A stretch of DNA of 64,000 nucleotides from Lama glama (lineage: Eukaryota), in contig CM052851.1 of assembly GCA_028534125.1 (NCBI GenBank), positions 54,126,001-54,190,000 on the forward strand, given 5' to 3'. Shown piece after piece: positions 50,596 through 62,800 of the stretch. Positions within the stretch are counted from its first letter, which is position 1. Every line of letters begins with the position of its first letter. Below the pieces are notes generated by a model. The model was given only the letters and a program-made list of their open reading frames with translations, searched no databases and was not told the DNA's origin. The translations under genes were made by a program, and so were the position numbers.

Positions 50596-50649
50596 GAGTG
50601 AGAATGGACTTCTCATTCTCTTGAGTGAGAATGGACTTCTCATTCTCTT
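50596..50649 (+). repeat. Perfect 27-bp tandem duplication
   Basis: gagtgagaatggacttctcattctctt x2. Confidence 0.97.
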
Positions 50650-53177
50650 GCTTTTGCTAACGGTCCATCACTGGACCATAACAAGCAGGAAATGAAGAAA
50701 CTCTTTGTAAAATAAAGGCAACTAAAACGGAGCATTTGATGGAAAGGTGGAGGAGGAAGAGTTGGCATAAGGGAAGGAATTGGAACAGTGATAATCAGGG
50801 TGTTTCCACTGTGAATTATGCAGCGTGGCATGAAGTATATTCTTTCCGAGTACTGGCCATGGGCAAAGTGGCTGAAAGAGTAGTGAAAGTGAAAATACTT
50901 TTGAAAGTGCTTTTTTGATCTGTCTCATATCTGGGGTGTGATGGGGAAGCTGACATCATTCTCTTAAACTTAGTGCTGCCAAGGAAGGGGGACATGGTAA
51001 GGGCTTTGGACTTTCCTTGAATGACTGGTACACAAGTCAGGTGCTTGATTTTTATGGGGTGAATAATGATAAACATCAGTCTGAGGGGCAATGGAAAGAG
51101 AATGGCTGGAAATCAGAAGTGAGAAGACACGATCAGAGGCCTGACTCCCTCAGTAATTACCAATGTGCTCTTGGGGAAATAAAGCCAAGCTCAGCTTCCA
51201 ATTCACTAAAATGGACCTAAGAACACCTTACCTACCTGATATAAGGATCATGTCATGGTCTCTGTGAAGGCACCTTTTAAACCACCAACTGTCCTATAAA
51301 GTTTGCTATCTCTACTTGGGAACAAGTGAGTATCATTGTAGGACAGAGTGGGTGAGGGTGTTTTATTGCAAATCATATTTCCTTCTTTTAAAATATGAAA
51401 TTATGTCTACTGGCGAATATACAACAAATCTTTTAAAAAAGCATTTTCTCTTAAATGACCCTACATTTGGTCCTGAAGTGTTATCCAAGTGTTACGTAAG
51501 CAGAATTCTTTGTAAAAAGTTTGGAAACTTATTTTTCAGAGCTGTATCATCATTATTATTTTTTTAGAGTATAATTTATCTTTCTATAATTCCACATCTT
51601 TCTTGGTTTTGTTAAAGTTGTTCAGTTATTAAAAATGACTCTCCCTGAGACTGTTCCTTAAAGACCTATCAGGAAACAGCAGAATAACATCATAGAGCCA
51701 ACATTAGACACTGTGGTCAGAGGACAATGAACTTTCTTCCCTGGATTTCTGGCGTCTCTGCTGATCAATTAAAAGTTGATCAGCGTGATGATAAGAGAGA
51801 AAAATGGAGGCAGAAGAGAGAGAACTGAGGGAGGGGATGATTAGGTAGCTCTTAGTCATAAAATGAATGAGAACAGTTTGTTTGCTATTGGGACTTTCTT
51901 TTAATAAGGTGCTGAAAATGGAGAGCTTGAGAAGTTACTCCAGAAAGAAATTCATTTGCAGTAATAGGATGGAAATACCTGGTTCAGTAAAGTGAGACAT
52001 TTCTATTGCTTTGGGTAACTGATTACAAAATCTTCAAGAAGCTATAAAGAGTGATTTAGTTGTGCTTCTAGTGTTATGGGAAATAACTCACTGATGAAGC
52101 AGGCTGAGCTGATTTCTATAAGCTGACTCTAAAATGTTAGAAACCAGACAAAAGTGTGAAGATTAATTAATAAGCTACGCTGGTCCCTAAGGTGTTACCT
52201 GTCTATGCAGGGTTGTTACCAAAGTTTGAAAATGTGTGAAGTTTTTGACTTCCTGGTCATTAAAGTACTCAAAGAATTCTGTCCATATAAACTTTGCAGT
52301 CTCAGAAAGTCAAACCAGTTGGAACAGGTTTTCTCTGCTCATTTTGCCCTCTCTGCTTGTATCCTGATTGGCAGATGGACAGAGGTGTGAATGTAAATGC
52401 AAACCACTCTGACAGTCACTGGAAAGAAAGTTGCTTATGATAATTATTTGTACTCAGCAAGCTTCTACTGTGCCTGTGTTGTGCTGTCTTAGCTAACAAA
52501 AACCTGTGCTCATACAGCATGGAATTATATGCAATCAATATTTTCTTTTTCTTTTTTCAGGTTTATGGAAGTATAAACTGCAAATCAGAAGTATATAGAT
52601 TTAAGGTACACAATGTGATGTTTTGATATACACGTACATTGTGAAATGATTACCACAGTCACGCTAATTAATGTTTTCATCATCTCACGTAGTTACCAAT
52701 TTTTTGTGTCTGGTGAGAACACTTAAGGCCTGCTCTCTTACCAAATTTCAGGGACACAATACAGTATTAATAACTATGTGCAAAAGGTTGTGCAGCAGAT
52801 CTCTAGAACTTGCTCATCTTGTGTTACTGAAACTTTACAACACTGAACAGCAGCTCTCCAGTTCCTCCTCCCCTAGTTCCTGGCAACTATCATTGTACTT
52901 ACTGTTCCTATGAGGTGACTTTCTTAGATTCCACATACAGCTGAGTTCATGCAGTATTTGTCTTCTGTGTCTGGTTTATTTCAATTAGCATAATGACCTC
53001 CAGGTTTATTCATTTTGTTGTAAATGCAAAATTTCCTTATTTTTAATGGCTGAACAATATTCCATTGTATGTGTATATATATGTGTGTGTATATACATAC
53101 AATGGAATATCATATATATATATATGTATTTCATATCTTCTTTATCCACTCATCAATGGACACTTGGACTGTTTCCT

Positions 53178-53525
53178 NNNNNNNNNNNNNNNNNNNNNNN
53201 NNNNNNNNNNNNNNNNNNNNNNNNNNNNNNNNNNNNNNNNNNNNNNNNNNNNNNNNNNNNNNNNNNNNNNNNNNNNNNNNNNNNNNNNNNNNNNNNNNNN
53301 NNNNNNNNNNNNNNNNNNNNNNNNNNNNNNNNNNNNNNNNNNNNNNNNNNNNNNNNNNNNNNNNNNNNNNACAGTGAACNNNNNNNNNNNNNNNNNNNNN
53401 NNNNNNNNNNNNNNNNNNNNNNNNNNNNNNNNNNNNNNNNNNNNNNNNNNNNNNNNNNNNNNNNNNNNNNNNNNNNNNNNNNNNNNNNNNNNNNNNNNNN
53501 NNNNNNNNNNNNNNNNNNNNNNNNN
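53178..53525. other. Two N runs (53178-53370, 53380-53525) separated by a 9-bp island
   Basis: acagtgaac at 53371-53379. Confidence 1.
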
Positions 53526-54244
53526 TTGCCTATTGGCAATCTGTATGTCTTCTTTGGAAAAATGTCTACTCAGGTCTTCTACCCATTTTTAAATTGGATT
53601 TTTAAAAATTCAGTTGTATGAATTCTTTACATATTCTGGATATTAACCCTTTTGACTCCTATAGCTTTGTAGTATAGTTAGAAGTCAGGGAGTGTGATAC
53701 CTTCAGTTTTGTTTCTTTCTCAGGATTACCTTGGCTATTCAGGGTCTCCTGTGGTTCCATACAAATTCTTAGATTATTTGTCCCACTTCTGTGAAAAGTG
53801 CTATTGGTACTGTAATAGGGATTATATTTAATCTGTAGATTGCTTTGAGCAGTATTGTAATTTTAACATTAACATTTCTGATCCATGAGTACAGTATATC
53901 TTTCCATTTATTTGTGTCATCTTTAATTTCTTTCATCAATGTCACAATTTTCAGAGTACAAGTCTTTCACTTCCCTTGTCAAATTTATTCCTAGGTATTT
54001 TATTCTTTTTGATGGAAATGTAAATGGGACTATTTTCTTAATTTGCTTTTTATAGTTTGTTATTAGTGTATAGAAATGCAACAGATTTCTATGGATGAAT
54101 TTTGTATCTTATAACTTTACTGAATTCATTTATTAGTTATAATAGTTTTTGGTGGAGTCTCTAGGGTTTCCTATATATATACTACTATGTCATTTGCAAA
54201 TAGTGACAGTCATGTCTTCCTTTCCAATTTTACGTTTTTTATTT

Positions 54245-54722
54245 CTTTTTTAAAACTGAAGTATAGTTGAGTTACAATATTATATTAGTTTTGGGTACAC
54301 AGCAAAGTGATTCAGTATTTTTTCAGGTTATATTCCATTACACATGATTACAAGATATTGAATATAATTCCATATGCTGCACAGTAAATCCTTGTTGCTT
54401 ATCTATTTATGTATAGTAGTTTTATCTATTAATAACATACCCCTAATTTGACCTTTCCTTCTTCCTGCTCCCCTTTGGTAATTATAAGTTTGTTTTCTAT
54501 GTCTGTGAATCTTTATCTGTTTTGTATATAGATTCATTTGTATTATTTTTAGATTCTACATATAAGTGATATAGTGTTTGTCTTTTTCTGAATGACTTAA
54601 CTTCACTAAGTAAAATATTCTCTAGGTCCATCCATATTGCTGCAAATGGCAATATTTCATTCTTTTTTATGGCTGAGTAATATTCCATTGTATATACACA
54701 TACCACATCTTCTTAAGCCAAT
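54245..54722 (-). mobile_element. Younger cetartiodactyl-type L1 3' fragment nested in the older L1
   Basis: ORF 54497-54706(-) YTMEYYSAIKKNEILPFAAIWMDLENILLSEV is the L1 ORF2 C-terminus; tail tgaagtatagttgagttacaatatt. Confidence 0.85.
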
Positions 54723-56039
54723 TGTCTTCTATCTTTTGCTATGGCTAGGACTTCCATTATGTTTAATAAAAGTAGTGAGAATGAGCATCCTTGTCTTGTT
54801 CCTGATCTTAGAGGTCCACACTAAGACACATGGCTGGCCCCAAGGTCTGGCTGCAGCAGCTGTGGGTGCACTGGTCCTGGCCAAGGCTGCTGGGTTGGTG
54901 TGGAGAGGCAGCGGTTGCTTTCGAGGGGGTGCCAGTACCTGCTGAGGCATCCTGCTGGGTGTGACAAGGCAGGAACTGCTTTGGAAAGGCTTCAGCCAGG
55001 GCTGGTGGGTTGCCTATGTACGTCCCCAGGAAAATGTAGGGGTGGGATGAATGATGCTAGCAAGGTAAATGGTAAATGTCACAAACAGTATCTGCCAGTA
55101 CTGGACCAGCTAAAGTAGAAGAATTTTTTTTTTTAGAGTGGCACCTGCCAGCACTTTTGTCCCTAGAGGAAGTTCCAACTGATTCGTGCCCCTTTGGCAC
55201 TTACTGTAAAATTAGTCAATGAATCTTTACATATGGCTCAGGAACTTTTCAAATTGCAGCCTCTGCACTGGGACTTGGGGCATGTGAGTTTATGTGCATG
55301 CCCTTTAAGAGCAAAGTCTTGATTTCCCACAGACTTCCAGCTCCCCTGGACGTAAGCCCTGCTGGTTCTCAGGGCTGAGGCACTCAGTGTGGGGCTCAAA
55401 TCTCTCACTTCTTGGGGAGGACTTCTGCAGTTGTGATATCCTCTTTCACTGGTGGGTCAGTGTACCAGGGGTATGGGCCCTGACTAGACTACATCTCTGC
55501 CCCTCCAACCTATCTTGATGTTTTTTCTTTATATCCTTAGTTGTAGAAATGTGGTTATGCTAGTCTTCTGGTTGTTCTCAGAAACAGCTGTTCTATGTGT
55601 ACGTAGTTGTAGTTTTGATATGTCCATGTAAAAGATGAGCTCAAGATCCTTCTACCCTGCCACCTTGAGCCCACTACGCAATTTATTTTTAAATATTCTA
55701 ATAGGAAATACTTCCAGACAAGCTTCAGTTGAGCAACTGAACATTCTTAATATTGGAACATCCTTAAGAATTTAAAAAGTCTTAGCTTTAATAGTTGCAA
55801 ATATGTCAGGCCCTACGATGAAGCAGAGGGCTCAGTGGCTCGTTCCAGTAAATTCAGTTCTCAATGCTGGAGCACCAGGCTTTGGCTAGCGACATCTGTT
55901 GTATAATCAGAACATCTATGTTATGATGAGTCTGTCATTTGGGAATAAGAGTGCTAATGATGATAATAATTAAAGTAATAACAAAGTCTCTTCTCTTGAC
56001 AATGTACAGCTTAGCTGCTCCTTCTTGAATTCCTCTTCT

Positions 56040-57510
56040 AAGATGAGACTGAAAATCTAGAGCAATGACCTCTCAGCTCTGCTCTATGCCATGCTCTTAC
56101 TCCCAGTGCCTCGGCACATGCCTTTCCTCCTTGCTTCATCTTACGTGGGCCTTTCTGGATTTCTGAAGTGAACTCTTCCTACTCTTGAGGCATTCTCTCT
56201 TCCTCTCAAATTAATGAAATGGGCTTTTCCAATCTTTCTCACATGCAACCCAGGCTCCATCAGTCAAATGCACTTACACCAGACTTGGAATCAGAAACTA
56301 GAGTGTCTGAGACAATAGCAGGTCCATCCAGCTCCAGAGGAGGCAGTCAACCCACTTCTGTGGCCAGGTGGCTGGATCTATGCCCAGAAGTGGCAGCAGT
56401 GGTCTCTCCGCTGGAATATTTCCATGATGGGATTTGGAATGCTATTCCTGGCTGCATAGTCTCTCAGAAAATATGTGAGCTCTCCTCTGATAAACTTATT
56501 TGCTGATAAAAATAATCAAATGCACTTCCTCTTGTTTGCAGCTAAGAACCTTGTGTGATATGCTCAAAATCCAGTACAAAGACATCACCCCTATGAAGTT
56601 ATCCCTGGCTCTTCCAGAGTGAGTTTATTCTCTCCACCTCTGGGCTCCTATAGCCTCATTCAAAGCAGGATGTGGTCAGTGTCTGTCTAAGAGTCAGTGC
56701 TTCCCAAGTCCCATGTCTGGCACAGTGCCTGATGCACAGCTGTCCCTCAGTAAATGCATGTGAGTGAAATTATGCTTTGACCCAGGTCTTGCTGTCTTAT
56801 TCATTGAGTACCCATAGTGCTCTGCAAATCAGCATGCACACCCTTGTGTGCAGGGTCTGAAACAGGCATGGCATGGCTGGGAAGGGCTGCAAAGGAACTT
56901 TCCAGGAAACTCTTTTGTCTTGAGTCTTGTTTAGAAGTCGCACCTGGTCTGGGTGGTGCTAGATTCTCTCTTGGTCTTCAATGGTGCATGCTCACACTTC
57001 AGTTACATTTGCTAGTTTCTTTACTTACACTGCTTCCAGTCTTACCAGCTGCAGTACTCCCCCTAGTAACTGGCCTGAATGAACTTGCTGAACTCCACTG
57101 TATGTATTACATTTTTTTTATATTAGTTTTTAACTGATAATAGAAACTTGGTGTCACAGCTGAGGCCCATGCACTTGCTGTTCCATCTGCCGAGAAATCT
57201 CCTTGGATTTCCAATAGACAACTCCTTCTCATTCATCAGAGGTCTCAGCTTCAAGGTTACCACTTGGGAGTCCTTTCTTGATCATCTACTTGGAGAAAGA
57301 TCCATATCCAGTTATACTCTTACCTCAGCATCCTGTTTACTTTCTTCTTAGTGTCCACAAACTCTGTTGTTTTCCATTGTTTATTTTCTGCTTCTGTTTC
57401 CAGAAAGTAAGATCCACGAGCAGGCAGAGTGTCTTGTTTCTACTGTTTCCCCAGGGTCGAGTAGGCCTGGCACACAGTGGTGCTCAGTAAATAAGTGAAT
57501 GAATGAAGAA
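56040..57510 (+). mobile_element. L2 fragments with an MLT1-like LTR piece (~56200-56560)
   Basis: L2 tails ggcacagtgcctg...taaatgcatgtgagtga and ggcacacagtggtgctcagtaaataagtgaatgaatga. Confidence 0.6.
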
Positions 57511-57554
57511 CCATCAAGAGGTGATTAGCCCGAAGGTCCTGCCAGGTCATTTGT

Positions 57555-57790
57555 TGGTGTAGTGTAAGGAGCACAAACCTGGGTTCCAATTCCAACTTGA
57601 CCACTTCTCAACTGTGCGCAAGAGAGTTTGGCTTTTTGAGAGCCTCAGTTACCTCATCTGTTAACAGAGGGTAAGAACATACCTACCCACCTCAAATGTG
57701 TACTTTATAAAGAGAAAGGAGCTAATGGAAGAAAAGAGCTTAATGTAAAATTAATGCTCCGTATATATAACTATTAATGCCATTATTATA
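57555..57790 (+). mobile_element. MIR SINE
   Basis: acctgggttccaattcc...gagcctcagttacctcatctgttaa. Confidence 0.75.
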
Positions 57791-60234
57791 TACATATTTT
57801 GTGACCAAAGGATCCATATGCAGCCTCAGTTTCCTCTCCTGTATCAGAACTCAATATCCCTTGCTCCTTCCCCAGGGTGTTTCTGGCGCCATAAATCTCG
57901 TCCATGGAACCAGGAGGAAAAAGGAGGTGTGAACATGCCTGCAGTCACTCGAGTCTGGTGCTGAGGTCCAACAGCCCTGCCCCTTCCAGGAAATAAGTAC
58001 TTTTAACCTCATCCTGCTGTTTCACCCCACGTGCCCTCACCTGCAGGTGTATCCAATTGCTGCCCTTCTCTGTTTGCAGCCATATCTTCTTAGTTTCCTG
58101 ATGTCTACAGGCACAGGGATTTTATTCACTGCTGTCCCTTGTTCTGTAATGGTATGAAGCCTTTTTGTAGGGTACAGGATCTTCTGTCTCTCTCACTTAT
58201 TCCCTATCCAAAACTTCTCTTCTATTATCAACTCAGAATCAACTGTACTATCTCATCTCATGAACATTAAAAAAAATCTATTTCCCCCTTTGGCAATTTT
58301 ATACCATAACAGCAGTTTCATACAATTTTGAGCAAAAAAATTGAGGAGGGGGACACATCTGTGGATGACCAAAGGACTCCATAACAAGCAATGCTCCTTT
58401 AACTGCTGTTTAAATATGTCTGAAGTCTTGACATTTCAGTAGTCAACAAAAAAGAGAAGCGTGGTACCATCCAGAGGAAATGGTACAATTTTTCCTTACT
58501 GTCCTCTCAATTAATTTCAAGGTGAAACTCAAAGGGACTATGAAAAAGTAGAATGAAAAGGAGACACTTCAAGCTTGTTCTATTTTTGTTTCCTGAGCTC
58601 AATATGTCTTAAAATTGGAAGGCAGAATCCAGGTGTTAGCAAGGTATTACCCCAGGGAGATGTGAGAGTGGAGGCCAGGCAGGGAAAGGGCACTAAACTA
58701 TGCATATTGTATGAGGGATTAATTGCCAGGAGCATGTGAGAAGAATTACGGCACTTAATATCCAGAGCCTCAGCAAATATCAACATGGGAAAATCATCAC
58801 ATATCTGCAAATACAGGAGGATTCCTAGCCAATGGATTTAAAAAAAGATTAGTTTCTTTCTTCATAAATGATAGAAGACGTTTTAGGGGGAAAATCCACC
58901 AAAGATGAACTGTATTGTGTAGTGTATCCTAAATATTTTCAAGTTTAATTTCTGAACGATCATGGTAATTGAGACCTTTAAAAATAGGGGAGGGACATCA
59001 TGCAGTGTTTCCTGGCTTTGTGGTACACCTTCCAATCAAGCTTGCTTATTTTGTAAATCTGTAGATATCATGCTGTATAATGAAGATTCAGGTTTATCAT
59101 CCAGAGCCTGAGGCACCATTAGATCCTAAGTGCTAAATGGGAATTCAATTATGTTCTCTCCATCCTATTTACCAAAGCAGAAAATTGGAATTATTAGTCT
59201 TAGAACAGCGTTTCTCGCTTGTGAGTAGGGAGAGGACAGAGATACTTCTTTCCCCTGGGGAGAACACATCACATTCTCCCAGAGGGTGTATGAAAATACG
59301 TATTTAATACCATACAGAATTTAAAGTTGACTCACCACAAAAAGCCATTATTTTTGTAATGTAAACTACATGAGAAAAGCTGAAGGAAACATCCTGGCTG
59401 ATGAAGCCATATAAAACAGACTTTCCCCTGCCTCTCAGTGATTCCTTTAGGAAGGCAAGGGCAAGGTCTCTGGACACATGCGGTGGAGCAGAAGCTCCAG
59501 AGAAGGGGGAGAGATTTTTAAGTTCAGCAAGAAAGAGCATAGTTTAAAGCACACTGAGAAGCATGGACCTATAACAAGGTCCCATACAACAGGTCCTGTT
59601 ATAATGCCATGCTCACCCTTCACTTAACGGGAAAATTCAGCCTAATGGGGACTTCCTGACCATTTCGATTAATACAGATCAACTATTACCTATTTGATTT
59701 TTTTTTTGGATTAGTTATTTTTGGTAATATGTAGACCTGACCTTTCATGTAATGGTCTATTTGAAGCCAGAGGGGCTCTTTGTGGCCCTGCAGAGTCCTC
59801 CCACTGCTGGGGGCAGTTCGCTGGTATGGAAGAAAGAGGAGTTATTGAGCACAGATGTCCTTTTTGATTTGATTCTTAGCAAAATGGGGGTAATAGAGTG
59901 CTCACCAATGCATGGAATCTGTTACAACTGCTTTCTTGCTTTGCTTGGAGGAAGAACACAAGTAAGAAATGTCTTTGCTTTTTTCTTTTCATTTCTCACT
60001 AAGCTTGTTAGGAGAAGAAATGACATTAAGGAATTCTGTGTGTTAAATTTGTCCCTGCTTCCAAATCTAGCACTGTTTAAGGTTATAAAACCATCAAAAA
60101 ATTTGAGAAAAGGAAGAAAAGTAAGTCACGTAATTATCAGATAGCTTGAAGAATAGTGGTTTCAACTACGTGCTCCTTAAAACTCCAAGATCTCACACTA
60201 AAATTAAGATGCAGAATTCCCAATTTATGGTTAA

Positions 60235-60267
60235 TCAGAGTCCAGAGTGCTAACCATTACACGATGG
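60235..60267 (-). pseudogene. Tailless retrocopy of the 5' half of tRNA-Gln(CTG), flanked by a 16-bp TSD
   Basis: Minus strand CCATCGTGTAATGGTTAGCACTCTGGACTCTGA versus recalled tRNA-Gln-CTG GGTT-CCATGGTGTAATGGTTAGCACTCTGGACTCTGA (32/33); aatttatggttaatca at 60222-60237 and 60270-60285. Confidence 0.92.
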
Positions 60268-61004
60268 CTAATTTATGGTTAATCACTCAAGAATTTTCAG
60301 CAACCGAGTTTGTAGGCAAAATGCTTACATTAGTTTTAACAATCATATTTTTCTTTCTCTTTTACCTTTTAAAATATCAAGAGCCTGCTTTTAATAAAAA
60401 CACTCCCTAAATGTCCTGTCGCTGACTACATCTGCTGTACTTGGCAGAAACCTGTCCTCTGATATGCATGCAGAACCACAGGGTAATCCTTCCAGTAAAA
60501 GCAGCAGGAACATTATGCTTAGGAAGGCTTTGTGTTCATTCCCGGGTTTCTCAACTTAGAAAGGATTTGGAGAAATACAGAGGAGGCCCCAAATACCAAT
60601 GAGGGATTTAAAGGATCTGAATGCAAATGCACATATAGTTAGGAAAGAATAAGAGGCTAAAGAAAGTTGCCATATGAGGACCTAGACCAGTTTTTTTTTT
60701 TTTTTTTGTCACTAGTACCCTGAGGGATGCTAGTGGCTCTTTCATGAAAATCTGCCACTTCCATGAATAGTTCAGTTATTGACAACTGGCCCAGCATAGT
60801 AATGGCTTCCAGGAATGTCTTTAACACTTACTGTGCCAGGCACTGTGACATGAAAAAGCAAGGCTAGACATCACATCGCAGTGTGAATGTGTCCTACTGT
60901 GCCTGGCTCTGGCATTATGTGGGCAAGGCTTACTGGAAGGAGCTAGAAACTTGTCGGTGCAATGTTCTTGTCATCATCAGACAGGTATTGTTGTAAACAG
61001 AGGA

Positions 61005-61400
61005 TTCACTTCTCACTGATGCCTACTCAGAGCCATCAATAATATTTAACAATACTCGACCAACTATGCTAGAAAAAGTGCCCTTTCTATTTTCTTTCTA
61101 CAAAGAGTAACGCTATACAATTGTCATATGAAAAGGCAATCAAAGAGTAAGCAGCAAAAACACGTATAAAGAAAGTATAATGGAAGTGGATCAGTCAGTC
61201 ATACTAAACATATGTTATTTTCCTGAATTTGGTGATGTTTGTGGTATTTGTCAGCTTTTAAAAATTTTCAATTTATTAGCATTTATTTTGTAGCTTGAAT
61301 TTTGTACCCAATTTCCTATTTATATTTTTAAAGTTCTTTTTCTTCGGACTGGCCCTCCAAATTTTGTATGATCCAGGACTCCCCAACTCTGGATTTGTAA
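61005..61400 (+). mobile_element. hAT-Tip100 (Arthur1-like) DNA transposon 3' fragment
   Basis: cgaccaactatgctagaaaaa...gtcatatgaaaaggcaatcaaagagta (decayed transposase C-terminus) and gtgatgtttgtggtatttgtcagctttt. Confidence 0.6.
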
Positions 61401-62539
61401 CTAAGAATATACTATCCTAGTTTATAATGACAAAGCCCAGATGTTTTGTCTTTCTTGATGTGTGTGCAAAGGTTTGATACACACCCCGAGGAGGACATTT
61501 CTCAAGCATCTCTGGACATCTCATCTGTTCTGTCAGCATCCTCATTGTTTGCACAATTTTTCATTAGTAAGTCTTGGGCTCTGACAGGGCTCATGATTAA
61601 GGAGCTCATCCAATATTTTGTCCTCAGTGCTGTCCAGAAGGATTACTTCAACATAATTTATAAGGAGGAAATAAATCTTATTAATTCAAATGAGCCTAAA
61701 TAAGAGTAAATCTTTCTTGTGCTTAGAGACAATAACTGTGAATAAAATAAAATGAAAAAGAATGTAAGGACTACCCATCCATTAATGTAGTCTTGTTTGC
61801 ACTGGTTATGATGTGTTTTCGCTGAGTTTCATCTTAACTATCATATGAAATATATTTTACTACAACAACTACAAAACAGAGTACACACTTCATCATTTAG
61901 CTGCTGTTTCCCCTCCGTACTTTGGTTCCCAGGGAGTGATTTCTCTTGGGGGCTTGGCGAGAACTGGGATTCTCTTGGTACAGATATCAATCTTAACTGA
62001 ACAGACATGATGACAAAACACAGACAATAGAACAGAGAGGAAAGGGCAGCTAAATAGCTCTGCTTGAGTGAGTTTCAACTCAATACTTGCTGGAGAGGAA
62101 AAGCCAGTAAAACAACAATGATGTAACTGTCATGGATCCCGGGGGGGGGGGGATGAAAATACTGCTCTTGCACAAATGCCAGTCTCTGAAAGTCATACCT
62201 CAGATTAGAATTCTGAGTTCTCCCATACTGTGTACCCAAGGCCTTGGAACACCATGAGCCCACCTGCGCTGTGAACACATTATTAGGGCTGCTGTCTCCT
62301 CTTCACCTTTATGTCCAAAGCCCGTTCAAAGAGTCCATTTAGCTCTCCCACTTCTCTCTCCACTAAGCAACCTAACTTCGTTTCTTTTCACCATTGTTAT
62401 TTTCTTGCTCGTGTTGTATTGGTTATCACAGTGCCTGTCATTGGGTAGGTACTTGAACATTTGTTGAATTAATGATAATGGTCACCTTACATTAATGATA
62501 GCGGGTGAAATTTGTTATTAATGATAATGATGAAAATTA

Positions 62540-62800
62540 TATAACAAAGAGCAATAATAGTAGGTATCATATATTAAATGCCAAACACTTTTTGCATATT
62601 GTCTTTTTGAATCTTCTGCCATCTTAATCCCACCTCCTGTAATTGATTTTTAAACATACTAATAGGAAATACTTTATCCAGAAAGTTTTTTAAAGGAGTT
62701 ATAACTTTCTATTCAACATTTCAAAACACTGAGACTGAGAGAAATTAAGGAATATGTCCAAAGTTATACAGTTGAGATCTTTTGGGGGGGAATCTAAGAA
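62540..62800 (-). mobile_element. MIR SINE carrying a ~70-bp foreign insert (62616-62685)
   Basis: tttgcatattgtctttttgaatcttc [insert] ...actgagactgagagaaattaaggaatatgtccaaagttatacag. Confidence 0.6.

Larger units (their letters stand above)
52541..55675 (-). mobile_element. L1 (L1MA9/L1M2-like) keeping 3' end and 5' UTR, with ORF1 and 5' ORF2 deleted (junction ~54812)
   Basis: 3' UTR at 52560-53170; ORF2 sequence to ...cttgtcttgttcctgatcttagagg; GC-richer 5' UTR ending ctgccaccttgagcccact; degenerate flanks tatgcaatcaatatttt / tacgcaatttatttt. Confidence 0.75.

Noticed and set aside
51760-51784. 9-bp inverted repeat gctgatcaa/ttgatcagc
   Set aside because: About one such stem is expected by chance in 64 kb
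61893-62078. Minus-strand acceptor-like site with open frames
   Set aside because: No recognisable protein and no convincing donor site
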